A stretch of 39,425 nt of DNA from Atractiella rhizophila (taxonomy: Eukaryota), in contig MU271221.1 in the NCBI GenBank assembly GCA_021432655.1, positions 1 through 39,425 on the forward strand. Direction: 5' to 3'. Positions 1 through 10,446 of this stretch are shown here, in pieces (within the stretch, counting starts at the first letter, position 1; every line of letters starts with the position of its first letter). A model generated the notes under the pieces. The model was not told the DNA's origin and did not search any database. It was given only the letters and a program-made list of their open reading frames with translations. The position numbers were made by a program, and so were the translations under genes.

Positions 1-184
1 TGACTGTTTAAACCTTCGCACCCGCACTTTCTGATCCGGTTTCTCCTCGCTCTGATCGCTTTCCGTTCTCACTTTTTGGCTCTTCTTTCCTCTTCCCATA
101 AAAGAAGCAGGTGCTCCGGTAGCACCGATTCCCTCAAGCAGCTTGTTTTTACTCGAGCTCGATTGTCATATAGTAGGCTTAGCG

Positions 185-714
185 ATGAAGTTGACGCTCG
201 CGGTCCTTCCTTTCCTCTCACTCCTTGCTACCCGCGCTCTTGCTCAGGCCAATGCCACTCAGACTTGGATTCGCTATTACACTGAAGAAGGCTGCGCCAC
301 CGAAAATCAGATCATCTTCGATGTTTTCGAAGGTAAGTGAATGCATCGTCATTGGCTTCCAGCAACCTGATGACCTCCTCCTTGTGTTTATAGGAAATGG
401 GACAGCTACGTGTTACCCAGTCTGCCCCTTTTGCGCAGACCAAACTGTGGGAGCGGTTGACGTCATGCTAAGCACCACTGCCGTATGTCCCTTTAACATC
501 TTGAAGGATGAGGTGGCCAACGATTTCAATGCAGGCCTGCTTGGTATGGTACGATGATCGGGATTGCACGAATGAAGTTGGCAGGTTCGAACAAACGGAC
601 GTGAGTGACCCGTCTTGCGCCACTGTCCCTGCTGGCATCACCGTGGGCGGAGTCGCTGTAAGCACACCGTTTTCTCAGGAGATGACCTATTAACATGGCA
701 CTCAGCTTTGTTAG
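185..714 (+). CDS. Small secreted cysteine-rich protein, paralog A (~122 aa, 4 exons)
   Basis: Exons 185-332, 394-482, 535-657, 706-714 with GT-AG introns. Signal-peptide-like MKLTLAVLPFLSLLATRALA, then 8 Cys: WIRYYTEEGC...TCYPVCPFC...ACLVWYDDRDCTNEVGRFEQTDVSDPSC...GVALC*. Same intron positions as the neighbouring paralog. Confidence 0.85.
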
Positions 715-1056
715 TGCAATGAAACCAGGTTTACCCTTGAATTTCCATGTCACGTTGCCCTCGTATTCCCCATTGTCCCCAATCTCGCTGCCGTCGACAT
801 GTTAGCCGCGCTTGACGGATCACTTTTCGTCTACATCGGTCTGTGCATCCTGTGATGAAGCTTACTTGCAGAAGTTACACAGCACACGCGTATCATACTT
901 TGGAAACCGCTTCGCTCTTTGAACTCACGTTGGTCTATGATTGGATTGAACCACCACGTCGACCGAACCGACGGTCGCAGCAAAGAATTAGAATGAGCAC
1001 GACAACTTCGGCCTCTGGCCATTCATTACATAGTCGCTGGCTAAGTCTGACTTCAC

Positions 1057-1063
1057 TATAAAA
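1057..1063 (+). promoter_or_regulatory. TATA box (TATAAAA) upstream of paralog B
   Basis: TATAAAA about 70 bp before the ATG at 1130; paralog A has CATAAAA at 97-103. Confidence 0.5.
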
Positions 1064-1129
1064 GCGCAGAAGGAGCATATTAGGTACCCCAGCGTCCTAT
1101 CTATCACTTCCACTGCCACAGTAGAAAGC

Positions 1130-1661
1130 ATGAAGACGACGTTTACGCTCCTTTCCTTTGTCACTCTCCTTACTTCAACCGTCGTCGGTCAGGACGAAAG
1201 CCAATACTGGATTCAATACTTCAATAAAGCTGGTTGTGCAACTGACGCGGCTATTACTTACGACGTCTTTCAAGGTAAGAGATTCCACTCCGAGGATAGT
1301 TTTGATCCTTTATCTCGGGCAGTCAACTCAACCTGCAAACCGTCGACCTGTCAACCAGTTTGCCCTTTTTGCGACGAGGGTGAAACTGTGGCCGCCGTAG
1401 ACGTTCTGTTCAGCGCCAGTCCCGTGCGTTACTCCTTCATCACAAGAACCCTTGACTGAAAACTCACCCGCCGTGACTTATAGGCTTGCTTGATCTGGTT
1501 CGAAGACTCAGATTGCACAAACGAAGTCGGAAGGTTCCAGCAAGCCAGTGTGAATGATCCTTCGTGTGCTGCAGTGCCAGCAAACGTAACTGGCGTGAGC
1601 GTGAGCAAATGAAGCCGTCTCAAAACCACTATCTGACAAGAGGATGCAGATTTGTGCTTAA
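1130..1661 (+). CDS. Small secreted cysteine-rich protein, paralog B (~124 aa, 4 exons)
   Basis: Exons 1130-1274, 1323-1423, 1484-1600, 1650-1661. Signal-peptide-like MKTTFTLLSFVTLLTSTVVG, then 9 Cys: WIQYFNKAGC...TCKPSTCQPVCPFC...ACLIWFEDSDCTNEVGRFQQASVNDPSC...GVSICA*. Confidence 0.85.
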
Positions 1662-1985
1662 CCTCTTCCACCCACAGAATCAAGTCGTTGGGTCGTTGCT
1701 ATTGAAGATAATATCGTTCAAAATCAGCCAAACACATGGAATGGAATCTACACCCGAAATGCATTTTGAGCCACCAAACTGCTGCCACACATCACGTGCC
1801 TTATGTCATAACTTTGCATCATCGTGACTTCAAACTCCTTTGCTATCTACACAGCAGTCCATGTCATATTTCAACAATCTCGCAAACAAATCCACTGCAT
1901 CTTCAACCTGCAGTGCCTAGGGCCCCGTTTCCTCTTCCTACTAGCACCAAGCTACCAACAAGCGATATCATTATCAATCATTACC

Positions 1986-3131
1986 ATGATGTCTGTGCCT
2001 AGATCCTTCCATCACGCATCCAAGCTAAGACGGATACACTGTGTGGACTATTTTCGAGCTTTAAGCACCACTTCTCCCTCATCGGCCGTATCCTCCTCCA
2101 AGGGACCAAAACCGCCAGTCCTTCTGCAAGACGAGAACGGTTTTGGGTTCATTCGCTCCAATCCTCGCCAACCCAAGCCTCGAAAGGTTGGGGTGACAGA
2201 GATCAGGGGGCCTTACTACTCCGTTATGGGGAAGAGATACCTCCTGGACGTACTGGAAACGATGGGGGAGCATGTAGATGGACTCAAATTTGCTGGCGGC
2301 AGGTTTTTGAAGCGTCTTTGTGGTAGAGATACCTAAGTATTAGGATTGGATAGGATCGTTCACGCTATTCCCTGAGGATAAATTGCGGGAACTGTTGGGG
2401 ATTGCCCATGATCATGGGGTATACATTTCAACGGTCTGTTTTCTGCATCTTCAAGCTCCTCCGGACCCATTTAAGCTGTTGATATGAAATCGTAGGGAGG
2501 TTTCATGGAGCATCTTCTGACCCATGCCGATGTGGGAACCGTCGCTGAGCGCTACTTGAAAAAGTGCAAATCACTGGGTTTCGACGTGATCGAGCTCTCC
2601 TCAGGCTTTCTCTCTTTCCCGCCTAGCGATTGGTTGCGACTTGTTGACCTCGTCCACTCTCACGGCCTCATAGCTAAGCCAGAGATCGGCATCCAATTTG
2701 GCGCCGGAGGCGACACCTCAGCCGCTGAGCTTGAAGCCACTGATTCGTCTTCTCCAGAGAAGCTTTTGCAGCTCGGAGAACAGTTTGTGAAGGCTGGTGT
2801 GGAGAGGATGATGATTGAGAGCGAGGGTATAACAGAGAATGTGAAGACATGGAGGACAGACGTTATTCAAGACATCATGAAGAGTCTACCCCCAGAAAAG
2901 GTCATGTTCGAGGCTGCAGATCCTAAAGTCTTTAATTGGTATGTTAGGGAGTTTGGAGTGGATGTCAACCTATTTGTAGATCATAGCCAAATCGTCCAGC
3001 TTAGCGCTTTGAGAGGTTCGTCCCTTCAACTGCTGATGTCGTCGACTTTTGATGCTGGATGGTCAGCGGGAATCTGGGGGATGGCGGACACATTTGGAAA
3101 GGTCGTCAGTTTCCGACCACATCAGGAATAA
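1986..3131 (+). CDS. ComA / (2R)-phospho-3-sulfolactate synthase family (HSA32-like) protein with probable mitochondrial presequence
   Basis: Motifs PKPRKVGVTEIRGPYY, VDGLKFAGGSF, HDHGVYISTGGFMEH, GFDVIELSSGF, MMIESEGITE, MFEAADP, FGVDVNLFVDHSQIVQLSALRAGIWG. Introns 2299-2353 (GC-AG), 2434-2495 and 3016-3066. N-terminus is Arg/Ser-rich and acid-poor. Confidence 0.88.
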
Positions 3132-4006
3132 GTACTAGTCAGTGGAGAAGTGTTTCTCGTCGAGACAGCGAAATTGTAAATTGAGCTATCAGTTGTGAAT
3201 AAACTATATGTATTCACCTCAGTTGGGCCAGCGGACAAGATTCATACGCAATAAGTAACCAGAACCTCCTGTATTCGCTTCCAATGTACAGCTGGCTGCA
3301 CCTTCGGCTGTGAGGACGCAGACTGCAACGAGACGAAAGAAATGGTGGGATACATATGCGTATTACGACAATCTCTAAAGATCATTGCCTGCCTGAAATG
3401 AACGCGAACCTCGGTCAGTTATGACTGACTACTGCTTCTTCCAAATACAGAAAATATCTATCTGGGATAGATAAAAAATGTACTATAGATCTGGTAGGAT
3501 CTAGTAAGTAGAATGAAAAATGAATGATTCCACTGATTGCGCAAGCCTGAGGGGTGAAGTGCGCTCATTTGAGGAAGTAAAAGGCAAAAAAAGATAGGAA
3601 GTACATTCTTCACATTTTGCCTCCACACTGATTAATGATTCTTGTGTTCGCAAAGCTGTTGCACAAAGGAAGCAATTAGCATATTGGAAGGGAAAAGCCC
3701 CTCAAGCGTGCAACCCGACACCCCAAGGACCGAAGCAAGAGGAGAGCTTGAGTGGTAGCAACATAGGGACAAGCTCAAAATAGCTTCCATTTTAAGCCTT
3801 ATAGCAGGAGCGCCTATTTTATGACTTGCCTTCCCCTTGGAGTCTAGATCTCACCGGTGTAGCGTCCGTCCGTTGATATCGCATCGCAGGCTGATTCTGA
3901 TTCGCAGCCCTCTCAGACTGCACTTGAGGTGTCATTCCACACCATCGATAGACCCCCTTCAAATTTAGAGGCTATTGGATACCATATGAAGGCCATTTGA
4001 GACGCG

Positions 4007-7000
4007 ATGACTCGCTCTATACAGCCAGAACCGACTCAAGAACTAAACCTCACACTTCTCCAGCGTCTATCCTACTCCCAACTCCTCTCCCTCTTCCCAG
4101 ACGCAAACCGGTACTTCCTCGCCGATGCCATCAAGAGCTACGACTCTTCCGCGAGGGGACACTCTCCGGACAACATTGTGCAGATGGTCGTGGACAAAAT
4201 ATGTGAAGGGAATAGTGGCTATTTCCCCAGCGTAGTTGTGAAGGAAGAGACGGTGGCGGAGGACATCGGGGTGTATACTCCTATGGAAAGGAAGAAAGTA
4301 CTGATGAACAATGCCAATACTTCTTTCTTCCGTCGACCAGCCTCAGTGGTTTTGAATGGTGACGAACGAGATGTTCTCTCCTCAAATTCCACCAAGGTGC
4401 AAGTGGTGGATGTGCTAGCGACTCGAAACCGAGATCTGTGCGTTCGTTTATTCTTCCTTACCTCTTCATCAGGCTGACCTGAATCGACGGTCAGGTGCCA
4501 CCTTTCGAGCATGTTCCCTCAAGTAGCCCATTCCCACTTGCGTCAGCTCCTTCTTTCCTCACCATCTTCTACTCTATCATCTGCGATTGAGACTCTCCTT
4601 CAGTCATCTATTCCACCCCTAACTTCTGCTCCTTCCCCGTTGTCGGAAGGGAAATATAACAAGGAGCCTCGACCCTTCTTCTCTTTTTGGTTTGGGACGA
4701 AGGAGGAGGAAGTACCGCGACGCGAGCATCCGGGAGAGATCGGCGTGGAGGATCTGTTTAGGACCGAAGAGTATGTAAAAGAGGTAAAAGGGGTCTTGTT
4801 CGCTCTATGTAGTGGGAAGAGTATGAGCGATTTGAAGGGAAAAGGGAAAGAGAAGAGTGGGATTGGTTGGACATTCCAGTCTTGGAGGAAGGATGTACTT
4901 GAAAACGCTTTGGAGCGCAGGATCAGTCTCGTTCTTGTACGTGCTCGGATTTGTGACATCTCAAGTTAGAGCTGAAGAGGAGTAGGAGGACGTGAATTAC
5001 GATTTTGAGAAGGCTTATCGAATACTGGCCAAAGAATTCATGCCGACTCCGGGCAGAACTGCACCATCTATCCCTCCGCCTGTAACTCCCAATGTCGCAA
5101 TGGCGCAGAAGCAAGATAAAAGAACATCTGGAACGAAGAAGTTTATATTCGAGGGAGCTCTGAAAGACCTCTTTCGGTTCAAATCGCGCACATCCACCAA
5201 GCCGCTGTCCGTTGCGATATCCAATGCTAAAGACGACAAGGCAAAGACGACTCCCGCCACCTCACCCCCTTCTCTTTCATCGGTGGCGGAGTCTGCGCCA
5301 GAAGCATCGACTTCGAAACTCCCCCCGTCGCCATATTCAGAACAACCAGTCCCTCCGTCACCACCTCTCCCGCCTCCACCAATACTTGCGCCTTCTTCAA
5401 TTGCCGATGACAATTTACGAGAAGAGTATGAGCGGGTCGTCTGGCGTCCTTATCTCTACTCACTCTCTGCCGCCGATTCGGTTTGGGCCCGTACATTGAA
5501 CCGTCATTTTCTCTCGAGCACAGACTCGGAGGGGAAGCTGGAATGTTCTTGTTGCTACGACGAGGTGCCGTTTGAAGAGTGTACGTTTTGCGAGGAAGGG
5601 AAAGGAGGGGAGATGCATACTGTTTGTAGGGAATGTCTGCGACGAGAGGCGGAGGAGAAGATTTGGGGAGAAGGAAGGAAGGAGGGGGATTTGGGGTGTT
5701 TGAGCGCTGGCGATGGGTGTGAAGGCATCTATGGGATGGGAGAGATTCGCAGGTGTTTGGGGGATGAGAGGTGCGAGAGGGCGGAGGGCAGGAGTTTGGT
5801 AGATCTGTTAGAGGAGAGGATGTGGGAGGAAGAACTTATGGTTTACGTCAAGGAGCGTGAGAAGGAAAAGGAGAGCGTCGTCAAGTGTCCTTTTTGCCCT
5901 TATGTAGAGGTCGCAACACTGGACGAGTTACCAAACACTCCTAAATCGAGCCGTACTCAGGGTGGGATGCGAAACCTTTTTCCATGGCCCATCAATCCGG
6001 AAGCAGATGGCGAGGACTACCTAGTCATCCTCATCCATTTCCTTAATACGGCGGCAGGAATCATTCCACTCCTTTACATTACACTATGCTTCCTCTACAT
6101 CTTTCTTCTCCTCGTCCACGATCCTAAAATGCTCAACAATGCTATCGAGATGCTCGAAATCGATAATGACAGTCTTCCGAAACCACGAGGGCAGAGGAAC
6201 GACCTCTCTGAAGCAAACTCGACCGATCCTTTAATCAGCCCCTCTGGCGCGTTTCGATGTATCAAAACGTACCTCGATCTACAAGCTGATGTAGCGATGA
6301 AGAAGTGGAACGAGCAACGGACAGCGCGCGGGCTCCCTCACTATGTCTCTGAACGAGTGAATGCAACAACACACAAAGGAAGGAGCAGCAGGTGGTGGGG
6401 AGGGAAGAGAGAGAATGATCAAATGAAGGTCTTCTTCCAGTGCGGCGGCCAAGCTCGCCATCCTACATCGTCCACGACTTTGAACAGCATATTTTGCGGG
6501 AAGAGGAGCTGCCTAAAGTGTCAAAAGGTCCATCTTCCAGGACACAATTGCGAAGATTCTACAGGACTAACCAGTCTTCGCCTCTTCGTCGAGAAGAGAA
6601 TGACCGATGCGGTTCGCCTTTATTCTTGCCCATGTTTAGACTCACATTTGGACAAATATAGGTGGCCAGAGTCTGTGGGGGATGTGGCGTTTCCTACGTC
6701 AAGGCTGAAGGATGTAATAAGATTGTCTGTCGGTGTGGTATGGCTATCCCTCCTTTCGGTGTTTGGCATGGGTGACGAGGTCGAGAGCGTAGGGCACATC
6801 ATGTGCTTCGTCTGTCGGCAGACAATCGGTCTGGAGGGATATGGGCATTTCTGTCAACATTTTCGAGCGCAAGGTACGCATTTTTGTCTGTCCGATTGTT
6901 TCATGCTTACGCGACGTTGGAATAGGAGGGGCATGCACAGACTGCTCAAAATGTGATCTGTTCAAAGTCGTCGACGAGACGCAACTGCTTAAAGGTGTAG

Positions 7001-7266
7001 CCGAAAAGGGTAAGTTTCTTTGAACAATGTTTCTCTCTCAGTGGCCAATCGTATTGTTTCCTAGCTGAAGCAGAATGGCTCGCCGCACATCCCAATTTCA
7101 AGGATCCTGTATTGACTGAGGCCAGGCATGTCGTTCCAGATAACCGTATGTGTATCTCCATGTATAGATTCACGTCAAACGTTGACTTGTAGGGCATGTT
7201 TCAACGCGACAAAGGTTCTTTCTTCATGAAACCATTCAGTGGCATTTCTATCTCTTTCTCAGATAA
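4007..7266 (+). CDS. RBR (RING-IBR-RING) E3 ubiquitin ligase, RNF216/TRIAD3-like; 3' end approximate
   Basis: RING1 ECSCCYDE...HTVCRECL...GCLSAGDGC. IBR CPFCPY...QC...CGKRSCLKCQKVHLPGHNC. After splicing, RING2 VCGGCGVSYVKAEGCNKIVCRC/GHIMCFVCRQ followed by YGHFCQH...CTDCSKCDLF. CUE-like LSSMFPQVAHSHL near 4510. Confidence 0.85.
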
Positions 7267-10200
7267 GGTTGCGATTACCACATCATCCGCCGTGACGCTG
7301 ACATTTCTACTTTTATACTGTGTTATTGAGCTTGTAGCAGACCATTTTCAAGAGCACCTTGTACCAGTTCGCGAGTTTGTTCGATTGACAATGTGAAGCG
7401 CAGCAATCGAGCACAAGCAACAGCTCTTCCATGTGCTGCTGAACTATGGTCTTGTATTATTTGTATCATTGTAATTCTCCAAGGACACAAGTTCAGAAGA
7501 CTAATGACTTTGGAAAATGGCGAACAGCGTGCAGAATTGTCAGATAAGAGCAAGTAAGGTTGTATGTTAGTAGAAGGTTGGAGCGAGCTTCGACGCCAAC
7601 TTCGCTATCCCGTCAGGAAGAGCGAACAGATCACGCTTCCAGCATGAAGATAAAGCTCTGTTCGTCGAGGGCTGTGTAAGTGACAAAGAAAATTGTGAGT
7701 AGAAGCGGCAGCTGTCGTGCCAAAGACGTGACAGTGCTGCGAGCGAAAGCAGCTGGCACTGCAAGGTCATCTCGTATCCAGTTCAGTTCAGATTAGACGG
7801 CGGGAAGGAAAGATTCAACAGTTAGCTCCTCTCATTTTCTTCATCAAATGGAGTTATGAAGGACAAGTCCGAGTACATATCGCCAGGTATACACCCATGT
7901 CATCTCCTTGTTAAGACGTGCAATGGACAGAAATCTGCGAACGAGATAAGCACCATTCGCCTAGCGACAAAGGAAACGCAATGTTTTGGCAGATTGCCGT
8001 GGCTAAGTAAAACAGCAGACATTCAAATATGTAAGAGGTGTAGCCTTTGTGAGACTATGGTGATTTGTTCCCGTACTTACGAATTCCTGAGGCAAGCTTA
8101 GGCCCAAGGAAGCAGATTTTCCACGGAGCTTCCGTCTGAATTGAGAGGGCAGGGAATATCTATCGTCTCGAAGTGTCCATTCAACTGCATTTCTCATCTA
8201 CGTAGGAGGGCCAATACTAAGCTCACAGTTTCAGACCAGAAGCGAGGGTTGAAAGCACCACGATCTTAGTCTCAGACACCACTTGGGAAACAGAATATTG
8301 TCCTCCTGAGATTCATCGAGTATTAGGAGAAAAGAACGGTTGTAGGCTTGTTTATAAATCGTCTACTGACGTTAGAGGACACGGATACACGATGCGGAGT
8401 ATTTGCAACTGAACTACGGTTCTTTCGCAATAACTTGGAAGAAAGTGAAGACCGTGAGGAATAAAGACGTCGGAAACGGTCAATTCAACATCCAGGTAGA
8501 ATTTAACAGGTGGGTGTCATGCACCTTACAATCCGTTTTCACGGAGCAATCGATGCTGAAGGCCAAGCTTGAAGCTACAAGCATCATAGCTTAACAACTG
8601 TCAACCATTATCGTCCTCCAGCACACACACGAAACATTCAGATCTGAGCATCCCACCTGTCCCACTTCAAGGTCTTTCACACTCTTCACAAAGGAAGCAG
8701 GATTCCACCGGAAAAAAGGAGCAATAGTTGTAAAGGCACAGAAAAATGAAAGAAGAGCAGCAACCGAGGTTAACCAGAAGCTTCTCAGTGCCTAGCTCGA
8801 AATGGGTTCAAACGGAATCAGGCCCGGAAGCCTTTAAAACCTCAAAGGCCTCACAGCTCGTCCATTCCTCCTCCCACGCAGTTGCCATAACCTCCTCACA
8901 GAAGCCCCAAATCCCCAGTCATCAAACAAATCGTCGCCCTGACACGTCGGGGAAAAGACGCACGGTGTCCCTTCATTCTTCCCTTCCAACTCCTCAGGCT
9001 GTTTGATTACCCTACCATGATTCACATTTACGATCCAGGACGCATGGATGGAACCGTCGGCATGTTTGGACCTTGACACTTGGTTGGCATTCTGGATTCT
9101 GAGAGTTGTGGAAGCCGGACCCGAGAGATGTTGGATCGAGCAATAAGCAATAAAATGGGGAGAAGCACAGGCATGTTGATTTTCGCTTTATTGGTCAGGA
9201 GAACACCCTGGCGACTCCAGACCGGGTGGTGGCTGGTCCATGGAATTCATCAGCTTATTCATGAAGCACCAATGAAAGAGACCAAAGAACAATCATGACG
9301 TTCTCCTCTTTTGGTGCACACTTCGTTCGCCCGACCCTTATTACATCTAATCTCGATTCATTAAAGTCTATCATAACTCCTTTTTGCCATCCAGCACGAG
9401 CTCTTCCCTCCGTTGTTCTCTGCTGCCCGGGAAGCTCTGTTGAAGGGTGCTTGAGGTGCAACCTTGGTTTATGCTCAGCCCATGCTCCTCTGGGGAAATT
9501 TCCAACAAATTTTAACCAATATTGTGATATGGAAAGAATACCAAAACAGCGGTTCGGCGCGAGTCGATCATAGATGAAATTTTGAAACCTGCAAACGGAA
9601 CCTTCTTCGCGTGTCTCTCCAGCTTCCTGGGTGGCGGTTGGGACGGAAAAAAGCGAAGGGTGTCAAAAGCAAGAGCAGTGTTGTGGTGACCTCACTCCAA
9701 TGGTCGAGGTAAGTTCTGTTGTGTTGAGTTGGCTTCGATTGCGCTAGAGGGAATTTGTTGTCTGGATTGGCTACCGGCCCACATATATGCGGCTCAGGTG
9801 CTCGCTCGTCGCCTTGGAGCATGGTGCATGCTGAATGAGGTTGCTACGCACCGACGACGGACGGCTTGGGTGATATAATTCCATCTGTCGCTCTTCACAA
9901 GAGCCATTTCTCTTCTCTCCTTTACATTCAAGTTCCCGAGGTGGTCCTGGCCAGATCCTGGTACATCCAGGAGTCGAAGTGACGATTTCGCATTCAACTC
10001 GCCATAAATTGAGTACTTTAGAGAGCGATGATTTCATTCCTTTGAACACTGAGAATTTGCAAAAATTTGAACGACTACTTAGACAAGGTCGACGAATGCT
10101 CCAACGACCGCATCACCTACAACCAATTATAATACCTAGTCCTAATCGCTTTATTCGCCACAATTTCGCTTTAAATTCGAAGCTCGAGCCTCCGCGCGCT

Positions 10201-10446
10201 ACCCTTCATATTTTTTCCTAGTTGCAGCCTCAGGCTGAGCAGCGTCGAATTCTCCATTCCCAGTTTGACAGCAACGCCTGGTCTTCCTCCCCGTCCTCTA
10301 TCAACCGGATACAAATACATCTCTGATCTCGATATTCCAGACCAAGCAGCTTTCTCACCTTCACTCTACAGCGATTCTGGATTGGAACGCCAAAGCCATC
10401 CGGCCCCGCCCGCGTTACTTTTGATTTCTCGACCAAACACTCGGAA

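Noticed and set aside
185..1661. Hydrophobins (8-Cys secreted proteins)
   Set aside because: No CC doublets, and the Cys spacing does not match class I or II.
7800..10200. Transposon remnant or gene in the long intergenic stretch
   Set aside because: No recognisable transposase or RT motifs, terminal repeats or consistent exon chain; only scattered splice-like signals.
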